Positions 39,880-54,696 of a DNA stretch of 64,000 nucleotides are shown piece by piece. This stretch comes from the human T2T-CHM13v2.0 reference genome, Homo sapiens. The DNA is taken from assembly GCF_009914755.1 (NCBI RefSeq), contig NC_060940.1; one strand, given 5' to 3'. The notes under the pieces are model-generated. The model was given only the letters and a program-made list of their open reading frames with translations, was not told the DNA's origin and did no database searches. The translations under genes and the position numbers were made by a program. Each line of letters begins with the position of its first letter. Position 1 is the first letter of the stretch.

Positions 39880-40035
39880 CACTGGAGTGTAAGCCCCCTA
39901 CTAGAAGGAAAACTCCTTGGAGGCAAGGAGCTCTTTCTGTTTTGTTGAACAATGTGTCCGTAACACCTAGAACATGCTGGAAGTACTTCGATGTCCTCCA
40001 GCAAGCACTCCGTAAATATTTGATGAATGAATAAA
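39880..40035 (+). mobile_element. L2 3'-end
   Basis: cacctagaacatgctgg...gcactccgtaaatatttgatgaatgaataaa. Confidence 0.7.
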
Positions 40036-40667
40036 CTGTGAGTCTGAAGCGTAGGAAGGAGACTCTTAATCCAGTTTTTAGGTTGTTTGTTTCAAGCTGA
40101 GTGTAAGGCCATGTTTGTATATGTGTTTTATGTGTGTATATATGTATGTAAGTGTAAAATCATCCTTCTTTTTGTCAGAATGACCCTGTTTTTACCTCGA
40201 GTGGTCAGAGTAGTCTGTGAGAATGGCTGAAACCATTGGTCTGTTAAGAGTGTGCCCGTGTAGATCAGCTGCAGTCCCACATAATGACAGGAGCCTTGGT
40301 TCATCCAACTAGGAAGACTGAAGCTCATGGAAATAAACATCAAACTAGCCCGGCGCCGTCCATCATCCGAATTATCAACACATCGTGAGATGCCAGGAAA
40401 TGACTTTCTGTTCTTGAATTGGCCTCTGGAGGAATCCCCTGAGACCCTAGTACTTCATTCTCCCTCTGTCCAGTAAAGGAACGCTTCTGCAAGGAAGGGG
40501 TTCATGTGGCTGTGGATGAAGCCTGCTGGGCCTGGATGCCTCCATGAGTCAACTCCCCCAACTGTTCAGACCCCTGTGAAGGGAGAGCAGAGGCTTTGAA
40601 ATGGCCATTTTAATATCACCCGTAAGTTTGGAAAATTCTTAGAATTCATTGCATTCGTGTGGAACTT

Positions 40668-41312
40668 CTTTTTCATTGAGGTGAAATTCACATAATGTAA
40701 AAACCACATGTAAATGTACAGTTCGGCCAGGCATGGTGGCTCACGCCTGTAATCCCAGCACTTTGGGAGGCTGAGGTGGGCAGATCACTTGAGTTCAGGT
40801 GTTTGAGACCAGCCTGGCCAATATGGCAAAACCCTGTCTCTACTAGAAATACAAAAATTAGCCAGGCATGGTGGTGGGCACCTGTAATCCCAGCTACTCA
40901 GGAGGCTGAGGCAGGAGAATTGTTTGAACTCAGGAGTTGAGGTTGCAGTGAGCCGAGATTGTGCCATTGTACTCCAGCCTGGGCAAAAGAGTAAGACTCT
41001 GTCTCAAAAAATAATAATAATAAATGTACCATTTGGTGGCATTTAGTACATTTATAATGTGCAATCACTACCACTTCTATCTAGTTCCACAATATTCTCA
41101 TCACCTCAAAAGGAAACCCGTGCCCATCAGCAGTCAGCCCTGCTCCCCTCCTGCCAGGCCATGACAGCCGTCTGATTTCTGTCCTGTGGATTTGCCTATT
41201 CTGGACATTTCATATACGTGGATCAATTCCATTCTGAAACCCTTTGTATCAGGCTTCTTTGATTTAGGATCACATTTTCAAGGTTCATCCATGTCGTAGC
41301 GTGTGTCAGTAC
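40668..41312 (-). mobile_element. L1MB-like 3'-end interrupted by an Alu
   Basis: attgaggtgaaattcacataa...tggcatttagtacatt...atttgcctattctggacatttcatata...ttcaaggttcatccatgtcgtagc. Confidence 0.8.
40725..41023 (+). mobile_element. Alu (AluS-like)
   Basis: Full-length; TSD taaatgtac on both sides. Confidence 0.95.
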
Positions 41313-44300
41313 AAATTTAACGGCAGACACCGCATGGCACAGTACCTTTTGGCCAGTCCACTTCCCTGGACCTTAGAAATTCCTTTGCATCTGCTGGAGG
41401 ATTGGGCTGGAGAAGAACCCCACCTGTCCTGACCCTGCAGCCCCAAATGCCCTTCCATGTCCCTGGCCCAGCAAAATCCTCCTCACTTCTCAAGATTCGG
41501 CTGTGAGCAGAGTTAGTGGCTGTCTTCCTCTTTACTGCTCTGTAAGAGTTGCTGCCCCTGTCGTAGCACCTGTCTCACCAGCACTGATCACCTCCCCCAT
41601 TCTCCATGAGCTCCTGGAGCATGGTGCCCAGGGCGCTGCCGGGGAAGGCCTGTTAGTGAACGTGTGGTCCAGGGAACAAACGCATGGCATTCTCACAGCC
41701 GGACTCCATTGCTCCCTCTAGCTTCAGGGATTGGTCATGTTGTCATCTGTTTGTGCTCCTATCTTTTTTTTTTCCAGAAAGGATTTGGGGTGGGGGTGGG
41801 TCTAAACAGCTACTTGTAGAGACAGCCCCGCCCCACACCTACCTTCTGTCATCAGGACCCCACTTACCAGGCTCTTTCAGAGATGGGATTTTGGGCCCTA
41901 TTGATGGGATAGTGAAATGGACAAAGCAACTTTACTACTATTTTGATAACACAGTTTACTGTAGTAGAGGCGTGATGCATCTCTTCTTGCATTGGAGGTG
42001 GTAATTTGTGGGTGCTATTATCATCGAAACAGCGATAGTAGAAAGAGATAGTCGTTCACTGCCTACTTGTTTGTAGACAGTAGCAACAGTGATCCTTGGG
42101 GGCCCAAGAGTCCCTCTTCACAAGGCCTGTTCACATACATTTACCTAGTGTCTCCCGTACTAGGAGAATTAAATCCCAGTAAGCCCTCACATTCCTCAGT
42201 GATCCGGTGTAACTCCAAGCACTGTAGCCTGCCACGCAAGGCTCTCTGTAATCGAGATTTAATCAGTTTTTATGACTCACCTCCTTCAACTTCTCTCTCT
42301 CTGCCCAATAAACTCCTATTCATCCTTCAAAGCCCAACTCAAACATCGCATACTCTCTGAAGTATTCGTCCCACTTTCCCTCGGGCTCCTCTGCCTCCAC
42401 ACCTGCACACATACACATGGAATTCTACTAATGTGTAGACATCTGACTCCCCACTCAACTGTGGAGTCCTTAAGGAAGGGGTTCTGGACTATGTCACACA
42501 GATGTTAGACAAATGAACCGAGGGGGCATTTGCATGGGTGCTTAAAGTGAGGTAAAGGAGAGAAGAAAGTAGAGAACTCAAAGAGGAGAGCTCGCTGGAT
42601 TCAAATCTGGGGTGTTCCGGAATTCTAGGTATTCACCTAAGTCTGTTGGGACCCATGAGCTGTTTTCCCAATTTAGAAAAGTAAAGAACAGGCTACATGA
42701 GATGAAATCTGTGTGGTTGGTTTTTGTTTTTGATGCAGTGTGTGCAGTGTGATTCCCTAATAGCAGTTAACTGGTATTGATTTGAAACAGAAATGCAGAA
42801 GGGCAGGGAGTCAGAGGTGTTTATACAGGAGAAAGGGAACCTGCATGACTCATTACCACGGGGCAGGGTCTAGGGGAGCGCACTGGACACTGGAGCCAGC
42901 TTTACAGCTGGGGTCCACTCTGATGGGGCCGCCCATTCCTGGGCTGTACCAGCGATTAAACATTTGAAACACCACCTCTGCTCATTATATGATGAGTATG
43001 TTTGGTAGGCAGAATTTTGAAAGGTGGAGTGCTGTGGGTGGAATCGATGAGGCGGTCAGTCTGTGTCTGTGCCATATGTACTCGGGGGCCTGTGACCCAG
43101 TGGGGGGCCGGTTTCACCTCTGTTCAGCCAGAGCCACCACAAAGTCCTTGCTTCCCCAGCTGCTGCACAGATTGCGCAGATCATCATCCCCATCACGGTA
43201 AAGCTTTGAGGTGGGTGTTCTTCTCATTCCCATTTTACCAATGAAAAAACCAAAGGTGCTAGAGATGAAGTGGCCGCCAAAGGCCACCCAATGGGTGAGC
43301 TACAGCGCTGGAGTGGGAATCTCAGCCGTCTCTGCTCCATCTTCCAGAACTTTCCTCTACTGCTCCTGACTTCCTGAAGTGACCAAACCTGTCTCTCCCT
43401 CCTCCCCTGACTTCAGGGAGCAGATTTTTCATGGTGATTTTAGAGAGCACACGTTGATCCCCTCCTGAGGGTGAGAGCCTCAGATGTTTTGGGCCTGACT
43501 GTCCAGCCTCCTGGAGAAAGGTGGCCAGGTCCGTGTGTGGACAGCCAGTGTGCGGGTGCATGAGTCAAGCTCCCTTGTCACATATCCTGGAAACCCTCCA
43601 TGGAAGCCTGCAGCCCCCAGGCCAGCGCTGAGGCAGGAACGGTCAGGGATTTCCCACTTGAAACACACCGTCTAAGGCTGCCGGCTCTTGCTTCCCCAGG
43701 AACTACTGCATTTGTCTTGATATTATACCCTGCCTGCCTCCAAGAGGACCGAGGCTTTTCAGAGCTGAGACACTGTGTGGAAGGAGGCAATTAGGATCAA
43801 ACAGAACGAGACCCTCCGGATCCCCAGGGCTGGGCCGATCACCCCAAGCTTTGTTTGGCCGTCTCGGAGCTCTCTGTTGAGGTAGCAGAAAGGGAAAGAC
43901 GGCTTGCATAGTTTTTGTTTTTTGGCCAGAAAAAGTACCCAAGTCTGTCTTTCAAAGTAGATGCCTTTCTTCTCTCTCTCTTTTTCCCCAGTCCCAGATT
44001 AAACCTCTTTTTAAGAGATTTGGGGGAGACTTGTCCCTTCCAGTTGATTCTCTGAAGGCAGAAGTTTTCTCTTTAAATCTGGAGCCACGCTTGTCAGGTG
44101 TGGTCCCGGTGTGCCACCGTCCATTGACCTCGTTTACGGGCAGGGTGCTGTACCTTGGGAGGCGCTGAGCAGTAGCCCCAGTGCTTCTCCAGCATTGTCG
44201 GTGTGACAATTACATCATTACCTACTTCTTCTGAAATGACATGGCCATGGCTTCAGTAATTGCCAAAACCCAACATCCTCGTTCTCTGTTATCTGCTTGG

Positions 44301-44454
44301 TTTGCTTTTCACCTACGCTTATCATCACTTAACATCCTGTGTATTTCACTTATTTGTCTTTTCTGTCTGTCTCCCCCAGCATGCAGGAGACCCTGTGAAA
44401 GCCGGTGTGCTGTTTAGTCGTGGGGCACAGCAGGCCCTCTGTGCTGTACACGCT

Positions 44455-44675
44455 GACATTCATTGAGCACTTACCATGAGCCAGACGTGGGCCTCCCGTC
44501 GTCTTCCTGTGGCCCTGTCTCCTGGCCTCTATCACTCCCATTTCACAGATGAGGAGACCGAGGTTCATAAAGCCCAACTGGCTCTCTAGCTGGGAGTCTC
44601 ACAGCCTGTAAGAGGCAGAGCTGAGATATAAAGTCAGGTTTTCTGTTCTCAAAGCTGTGTTCTTTACCATTACAA
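44455..44675 (-). mobile_element. MIR SINE
   Basis: cattcattgagcacttaccatgagccag...cccatttcacagatgaggagaccgagg. Confidence 0.75.
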
Positions 44676-44693
44676 CTTGAGAAAAATGTATGA

Positions 44694-45113
<420 letters not shown>

Positions 45114-46488
45114 TAGAAGCACAGTAGAAACATATATGCAGACTTGTGTTTTTTTTTTTTTTTTCCACCCTATGGCGAGTGCTTATGGGCAGGGCCAGGT
45201 CTCGCACCCCATGGCAGCCAGCCTGGCCCATGCCGGGCACTCTGGTCTCTCTGTGGGACGATGCAGGCATGCATGGCAAGAAAAATCCCAAAGCAGTCCC
45301 CTGAGCCCCTGCCATGGTCTGTGTCCATAGATGCATAACCATCGATTCAGCGCAATGTAGTATTTTCGAAGAAAAGTTTTTGTTGAACCAGATAAAATGC
45401 ATACAGAGAAGCACACATACTCAGGCTTCATAAAAAGTAGCCTTCTCTCTGTCCCTTCCTCCCTCTCTCAACTTGTCATGGACATAGCGGGTAAACTTAA
45501 GGCGCTGAATGAATCTGTTTAGTGAAAAATATAAGTAAAACGACAAAGTGTACCTCAATGGCGTGTGTAATGATAGGCCGGCGTCAGCCCTGGGTCCCTC
45601 AAGATCTCAGAGAAGACATTCTGAGTCCTGTGGGGGATGGATTGATGGGGCAGGGGGTGACAGCAGGTGTCCGGAGGCTGGAGGCCCAGGGATTGACTGC
45701 AGGGGCTGCCCTCAGGGCACAGAGCTTCTGAAGCTCACTAGGGCCTCAGGATAGACCAGCAGGACTCCTGAGAGGAGGAAGAGAGGCAGCCCTGTCTGCC
45801 AGCCTGGACACTTGGCGGGGAACCCTGGGAATGACCACGCCCCTCTGAGCCTCCGTTTCCCTCTGCTCGTCGGACAAAAACATCCCTCCCATTCTTTTCC
45901 TCCCTCCCATTCCTTCCCTACCTCCCATTCCTTCGTCTCAACCTCTTTTCCTGGTATTCTCTTGAAGGCTGTGTTGCTGGAAGGCACTGTCCCCAGCTTT
46001 CTTGACACTGTCAGAGGGTGTCCAAAGGAGGCTTCTGTCACACTGGCTCATTCCCATGATTTCGGGAACAAGAGAGAGATGTGGGTCACCTTGTCCGGGG
46101 TCCTGGCAGCTCACTTCTGGATCATGTCCAGCAGCCTCGCTTCCCCAAGTGGATGTGGGTGTCCCTGGGAGAGAAAACCCATGTCGCCCGGCTTCTGGGC
46201 CATCTGCTTTCTTTTAGGGATGGGCCCAAGGAATTTTTCGGCAAATTTGTCCTCTGGGAAATTTCTGCAGAACTTGTCTGATGCTTCCATAGAACTTAGG
46301 GATTGGGTTAAGGCCAGTTCCTAGGAGAGACATTGCAGAAATGAGGGCCTTAGGATGTCTCAGTAGGACCCAGTCCTGGCGTAAACAACAAATAACAAAC
46401 TAAACCTCTCACCTACACACCCACTGAAACATCTTTTGGTTCTCTGTGCAAAGAAAGCAAGGAGAGAAAACATATTCTCACTTTCTCT

Positions 46489-46531
46489 CATCCATCCATC
46501 CATCCATCCATCCATCCATCCATCCATCCAT
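46489..46531. repeat. (TCCA)n microsatellite, ~10 copies
   Basis: Directly visible. Confidence 0.95.
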
Positions 46532-46562
46532 CACATTTCTATTTCCTCTTGAATGGTTTAGA

Positions 46563-46755
46563 TCAGGGTTGGACCCACTACTTGTCTTTGTAAATAAAGT
46601 TTTATTGGAACACAACCATGATCATTTGTGTATTGTCTGTGGCTGCTTTCACACCACAACAGCACTGCTGACAGTTGTGAGACAGGGCATATGGCCCACA
46701 AAGCCTGAAGAATTTTCTCTCTGGCCCTTTACAGAAAATGTTTGCTAAGCTCTGA
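46563..46755. mobile_element. MER58 (hAT-Charlie)
   Basis: tttgtaaataaagttttattggaacacaaccat...tggcccacaaagcctgaa...ctggccctttacagaaaatgtttgc. Confidence 0.85.
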
Positions 46756-46764
46756 TTTAGAGTT

Positions 46765-46950
46765 ATAGCAGATTCAAATCCTGGCTTCATTAATAACTAG
46801 CAGCATCACTTAAGAAAAGTTATTTCTCTTCTGTGGGCCTCAGTTTTCTCATCTATAAAATGGGATCATAATGGTACCCCTGGCATGGGTCATTCGTGGG
46901 GAGATGTCTTTGAGCAGTTGACCCAGTATCTGGCACACATGAGGTCTTTA
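46765..46950 (+). mobile_element. MIR SINE
   Basis: gattcaaatcctggctt...gcctcagttttctcatctataaaatgggatcataatggtacc. Confidence 0.8.
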
Positions 46951-47019
46951 ATCAAGTCACATTACTCTGGACACCAGCTAAGGTGCCAGATAGAGATGTA
47001 AGGTGCTATTTTAAGGAAC

Positions 47020-47465
47020 TCACAACACAAACAGCTGGAGACAGTGCACAGAAGGTACTGGGGTTGAGGCGTGTCCCGGGCTTGTGAGAACCCAGAGGCA
47101 GAGTGCCCTTCTTTCCATACTGGCATCTGGGGGAGGAGCACTACTTAGCGATTCAAAGACAAATGAGCTGCAGGTGCACACAGCCACATGGATGAAGCTC
47201 TCAGACATCATACTGGCCAAAACAAGCCAGACACAAATGTGCATCTGCTGTGTGATTGCATTTATAACATGTTGAGGAACAGGCAGAGCTAATCTGTAGA
47301 GATGGAGGTCAACACTCCGGACCTTCTGGGCTGGGAAGGGGAGCAGGGGAGCCCCCAGGGCATGGAGATGCTCCCCATCTTGGCCTGGCTGGCAGGTGCA
47401 CAGGGGTGTGCATTGTCAGAATGAACCCACTGAAGATTTCTGCCCTTCTGCTTGTTATGCAGTTT
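47020..47465 (+). mobile_element. L1ME-like 3'-end
   Basis: acatggatgaagctctcagacatcatactg...aagccagacacaaa...tgtgtgattgcatttata...acaggcagagctaatct. Confidence 0.65.
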
Positions 47466-47470
47466 ACTGG

Positions 47471-47845
<375 letters not shown>

Positions 47846-49577
47846 TAAAAGAAAGGAATGGAAAGAGAGAAAGAATAAGAGAGAGGATTCAGAAATGGGA
47901 GAAGCTTGGGCAGTCGAGGGCTATCTCCTGGTCTGTGTCCTGTCTCAGGCCCCTGCCTGAGACATCCTTGTACCCAAGCCTCCTCTGACAACTTCTCATT
48001 CCAGACCAGGGTCGCACAAACTCTGGCTCCTTGTGCTGTTTCCTTGGCGGAGAATGCCTGGCGCTCCCCTCCTTACCTTGACAGCCGGCTCAAAGGCCAC
48101 CTCTGGGCAGCCCTCCCCGTGTTCCAGGGTGCCCCTCCCTCCTGTCCTTGCCCTTTGTACCGGACCCTCCTCCTTCCTCCTGCGGTGCCTTTGGCACTGT
48201 GGTGTTGTTACTTTGCACTCCCCATTACTTTGCACCCTCCGCTCACCCTGCTCATCCTGGGGCTCCCAGGCCAGTGTCTGGTAGAAGCAAGGTAGGACTC
48301 AAAACAACAGACCTGGCTTCCATGTGGCCGTTCCACTGAGCGGCTGTGACCGAGGCCCACTGCTTGATGGACCCGAACCTCCTTTTCTCCTCCATGGAAC
48401 TGGGGAGTCTTAGCAGTGCCCCTTTCCCAGGATCCTTGGGAAGTATCCATGAGATGAAGATGGTCCCTGGAGGCTGCTTTGGTGAGGACCTGGCATGTGG
48501 CATGTGCCCAGTCCAGGCTGGCTGCTGTGGGCCTTCCAAATGCATGTGACTTGGCAGTTGGAAATGATGCTGACTTTAGGGCATCTTTGTGTCCATCACC
48601 TGTTCCAATGGCAAAGGTGCCCAGTGGCACAGATGCCAAGGGCTGCACCCTGGGGACCCAGATTTTCATCCCTCTTCTCATGCCCACGAAGATGACTGGG
48701 GCTGGAGGGGTTTGAATGTGGAAATATCAGTCGTTTGCTCTATTATTAAACCTTGAGCCATGTGGCCATAAAAGGGGGTGGCTGCCATAGCTGGTTTCGT
48801 GATTAATGAGCCCACGTCCTGCCTCTTGACCGTCTCCACAGAGCCCCAGGCACCAGCTCTGCCCTCCCAGCCCAGCTGCAGGCTGTGCTGCTGAGGTCTG
48901 GGCAGCAGAGAAGGGTGCCTGGAGGGTCTTTCTGTCGTCTTGATGAACCCATGACCCCTCCTGGGTCCCCAAGGAGAGTTGGGTATTGTAGGCTTGGTTG
49001 AGATTGGCGAGAGGTGGTGTTGTGCCTAGCCTGGGGGGTTGGAGGGCGGGGGGAGTTTCTGCTCTGCAGCCCTGTGATGCGCAGGTGCCATCGGGTCTCT
49101 GACCCCAGGCCATCAAGAGCTGTGCGACCTGCTTGCCATCCATCATGTGGAGCTGGTCGGTCACCCCATGCACCAGGCCGACTCCAAGCCGGAGCTTTCC
49201 TCTCCGCTCTTTTCGGAGTAATCCGTGGATGATGGAGGAGCTTGGCAAGCATTTCAGCAAAGCTCTTTTTTCTTGTTGAGGCTTGAAAGTAATCGCCTCC
49301 GTGTATTGAGTGCCCGCCGACCACCTGGCGCGTCTGGGCATTGAGCTCATTGGCCGCTGGCACAAATGGATCCTCGCCTCACCCGGTGCCTGCCTGTAGC
49401 CTCTCCCATCTGCTTTCTCACAGCTACACTCCCTCCCTAGCACCCTCTTGAGGAGTCTGGGGGAGGGGGCAGCATAATCATAGTTACCTGTATCAGATGC
49501 TCACCTGTGCTGAGCACGCCACATGCCCTGGCCCATTCAGGTGCTCTCTGCAAACACCCTTAAGGCAGGTACAGTAT

Positions 49578-49790
49578 TCCTTCCCTTCCCTCTTCCCTCT
49601 ACCCTTACCTTCCCCCTACCATACCTTTCCTCCTCCTGCTCCTCCTCCCCCTCCTCCCCCTCTTTCCTCCTCTTCCTCCCCCCCTTCTCCTCCTCCTCCC
49701 CCTCCTTCTCCTCCTCCTCTTCCCCCTCCCCCTCTTCCCCCGCTCCTCCTCCTCTTCCTCCCCCTCCTCCCCATTCTCCCCCCTCCTCCC
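49578..49790. repeat. Polypyrimidine (CCT/CCCT)n low-complexity tract
   Basis: ~210 nt almost entirely C/T on the + strand. Confidence 0.95.
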
Positions 49791-50080
49791 TTTTTTGAGA
49801 CAAGATCTGGCTCTGTTGCATGGGCTGGAGCGCACTGGTGCAATATCGGCTCAGTGCAACCTCCAACTCCTGGGTTCAAGTGATCCTCCCACCTCAGCCT
49901 CCCAAGTAGCTGGGACTACAGGCACCCACCACCATGCCTGGCTAATTGTTGTATTTTTTTGTAGAGACGGAGTTTCGCCATGTTGTCCAGGCTGGTCTTG
50001 AACTTAAGAGCTCAGAGCCATCCACCAGCCTCAGCCTCCCAAAGTGCTGGGCTGACAGGTGTGAGCCACCGCGCCTGGCC
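49791..50080 (-). mobile_element. Alu (AluJ-like)
   Basis: Reverse Alu body ending gcgcctggcc. Confidence 0.92.
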
Positions 50081-50142
50081 AGCATTACCTTTTTCTTAGT
50101 TGTAATCTAATTCAAAGTGTACAGTTGGGTTGATTTCACCGT

Positions 50143-50810
<668 letters not shown>

Positions 50811-51770
50811 GATTCACCAGGTTGTACAACAATCACTACTAATTCTAGAACATTTTCATCCCCCAAAATGAAACCCCATACCCATTAGTATCATACCCCA
50901 TTTCCCCGTCCCTGCCCTGGAAACCATGAACCCACTGTCTGTCTCTATGGATTTGCCTATTCTGGACATCTTACATAATTGGAATCATACAATGTGTGGT
51001 CTTTTGTGTGGCTTCTTTTGCTTTGTGTAATACTTTCTTTCCTTCTTTCTTTTTTTTTTTTTTTTTCTGAGACAGAGTCTTGCTCTGTTGCCCAGGCTGT
51101 AGTGCAGTGACACAATCTGAGCTCACTGCAGCTTCTGCCTGCCCTGTTCAAGCAGTTCTCCCACCTCAGCCTCTTGAGTAGCTGGGACTACAGGTGGATG
51201 CCACCATGCCTGGCTTATTTTTGTGTTTTTAGTGGAGGCACGGTTTCACCATGTTGGCCAGGCTGGTCTCAAACTCCTGACCTCAAGTGATCTGCCCACC
51301 TCGGCTTCCCAAAGTGCCAGGATTACAGGCATGAGCCACCACGCCTAGCCCGCATAATACTTTCAAGGTTCATCCATGTGGTAATGTCTTTTTTTTATCG
51401 CTGCATAATACTCCATTGAATGGATAGACAACATTTTGTTTATCCATCATCTGTTGATGGATACTGTTTCCATGTTTTGGTTCTTATGAGTCATTTTGCT
51501 TTGAATACTTGTGTGCATGTTTTTGTGTGAACCTATGTTTTCACAACTCTTAGATGTATATCTAGGAGTGGAATTACTGGGTCATACTTAACTTTTCGAA
51601 GAACTACCAAACTATTTTACAAAAAGCTGCCTGCATCATTTTACATTCACACTAGTGGTGTAAGCAGGTTTCACTTTCTCCACCTCTCCCTCAACACTTT
51701 TTTTTTGTCTACGTTCTTTTATTTATTTGGTTTTTCTCTATCCATCCTAGTGGGTATGAGTATAATCTCA
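50811..51770 (-). mobile_element. L1MB-like 3'-end (continues from ~50100), interrupted by an Alu
   Basis: aattctagaacattttcatccccc...gtctctatggatttgcctattctggacat...tctaggagtggaattactgggtcata. Confidence 0.82.
51033..51351 (-). mobile_element. Alu (AluS-like)
   Basis: TSD taatacttt on both sides. Confidence 0.93.
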
Positions 51771-51866
51771 CTTTTACCAGGGAGAAAGTGGAGGCTCAGA
51801 GATACCAAGCGACTTGCCTAAGGCCAAGTTGTGGAGTTTGGATTCAGCTCTAGAAAATCTGATTTA

Positions 51867-52189
<323 letters not shown>

Positions 52190-53000
52190 TTTCAATTGGA
52201 ACATTGCATACACACAAAAGAGTACACACATTGTATACTGCTTGATGAACTTTAACAAAGTGAACACCCTGTATCACCAACAGCCAGAATCCAGACCTAG
52301 AATGCTGCCAGCCCTCCCCAGAAGCTCCTATTTGCCTTTTTCCAGCGCCATCCCTCCATGGGGTAACCAGTAGGATCAACACCATGTCCTGGTTTTCCCA
52401 GGATTTTCCCAATAGAGTAGTGACCATTCAACATCCCAAGAAACCCTTTAGTCCTAGGCATACCAGACAATTGGTCACCCCAATAACCAGTACCCTGACT
52501 TCCCACAGCACAGACTCAGGTGCACCTCTTTCTGAAGTTTGTATGGGTGGAAGCACATGGTGATGTACATTGATGACATGCTTCTGTCCAGCTGCTTTTG
52601 CTCCATGCTCAGTTTGTGTAGGTCATCTATGTGTTGTGCATAGTTGTAGACCATACATTCTCATCATGTAGGCTTCTGCTGAGTGGATATACCAGGATTT
52701 CTTTATTCATTCTTCTCTTGATGGTCATTTGGGTAGTTTCTAGTTTGGGCTACCTAATGCTCAGGGAACACTTGTGCAAACATCTTTGGGAGCACAAATA
52801 TGGGCCTTTCTGTGGAGGAAGGGGATTGCTGGGTTCTAGGGGACTCATGTTCAGCTTCAGCAGAGCTGTCACAAGGTGGATTCACAGTTTAACTCCCTCC
52901 AGCAATTTAGGATTCTGTTTGCACTGTGTCTGTGCCAACACTTATCATTTTTCATCTTTTCCATTTGAGCCAGTCTGCTGGTATGATGGTCTCATACTCT
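52190..53000 (-). mobile_element. L1ME-like fragments
   Basis: gcttgatgaactttaacaaagtgaacaccctgtatcacca...tttattcattcttctcttgatggtcatttgggtagtttctagtttgggc. Confidence 0.7.
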
Positions 53001-53834
53001 GGTAACCCCTCTGGTCTTTAACTTACTAGTTGCCTGTAGACAAAGGCCAGGGCGTGAAGTCCAAAGGTCTTGGTTTTCTTCCCAGCTCTCTCCTGAATAG
53101 CTGTGTGCGGTTGGTCAAGTTGTGCACCTGCTCAGAGTGTTCATTTCTGGTCTGTCATGAGAGTGATGCAATACCTTCCTCTTGCAGGATTGTGGGATTA
53201 AGGGCTTGTGGAGGTGGGAAGAGCCCTGGAGATGTGGGAGGTGAGCGAGGGGAGCGGGGGGGGGGGAGTCTCCCAGCCTGGAAGGTCCTGGGACTAGAGC
53301 AGGGGGCGGGACACCTGCACCCAGGCCCTCCACCAACTCCGTGGGGCTCCAGCAGGGGCTTGGGCCAGTTCCCCCATTCAGCTTCCTTTTGGGGTTCCTC
53401 TGAGTCTTGTTGGACACTCAACTGTCAAAGATGCCCAGTGGCACATATGAAAAGTGCCACACTCAAGGACACAGATTTCTGTTCCTCTCACCAGCCATCT
53501 TCAGGGATCATCTGTCTCCCCCCCAGCTTGATGGCTCTGTGATGGCAGAGCCGTGTCCCTCTCCATCACTGGCCTATCCCCAGGTCTGGGCATAGGGTTG
53601 CACCTAGGAGGCCTCTGCTTGTTGAATGACTTCATGAATTCAGTCCTTAGGTGACAGCTCTTATCCAGGGAGGGGACTGGAGGATCAGGACATAACTGTT
53701 CCCCTGTAGTTCTGAGTCTCGGTTTCCTCATCTGTGTGGTTTTTAAAAGTACTAATCCTGACCACAAGGCTGGCTGGGAGGATGAATGTGCTCGGGAAGA
53801 AGGTGTTTTGGAAACTGGCACACGCTAGAGAAGT

Positions 53835-53964
53835 GGAGGGTATCGCCTACAACAGAGCTGACCAACAGGAGGGTATCGCCTACAACAGAGCTGACCAACG
53901 GGGGTATCGTCTACAACAGAGCTGACCAACAGGAGGGTATCGCCTACAACAGAGCTGACCAACA
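53835..53964. repeat. Minisatellite, 33-bp unit GGAGGGTATCGCCTACAACAGAGCTGACCAACA, 4 copies
   Basis: Directly visible; units start at 53835, 53868, 53900 and 53932. Confidence 0.97.
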
Positions 53965-54150
53965 GGGCGGCGCCTGGCCACATCTGGCTCTTTACAGTCA
54001 AATTAACAAAAATTAAACAAAATGTGTAATTTGGTTCCTCCACCACACTGGCCATATTTCAGGTGCTCAGTGGCCCACAGGTGGCTACAGCATTGGCCAG
54101 TGCAGATACGGAGCGTTTGCATCATCACAGACGATCCTGTAGGGCAGTGC
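53950..54150 (-). mobile_element. MER3
   Basis: ctggccacatctggct...aaattaacaaaaattaaa...cacactggccatatttcaggtgctcagtggcc...gtgcagatac...catcatcacaga. Confidence 0.75.
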
Positions 54151-54294
54151 CAGTATCAACTCATTTAGGCTACAAAGAACTTTAGAGCTATCACCAAGAA
54201 AGTAAGATCAAATAAAACACAAGAGGGATGTATTTTTCTCCCATGAGATTTTCTTGCTCAAAGCCTCATTACTTTTACTTTACACATGGTTCTA

Positions 54295-54696
<402 letters not shown>

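Noticed and set aside
48727-49443. 238-aa minus-strand ORF (likewise 34106-34810)
   Set aside because: No homology I recognise and no processed-pseudogene hallmarks such as poly-A or TSD.
49497-49883. Poly-Pro, poly-Glu and poly-Gly ORFs
   Set aside because: Translation of the CCT low-complexity tract plus Alu sequence.
53835-53964. 33-bp repeats superficially like a CRISPR array
   Set aside because: Head-to-tail units without unique spacers, in primate DNA.
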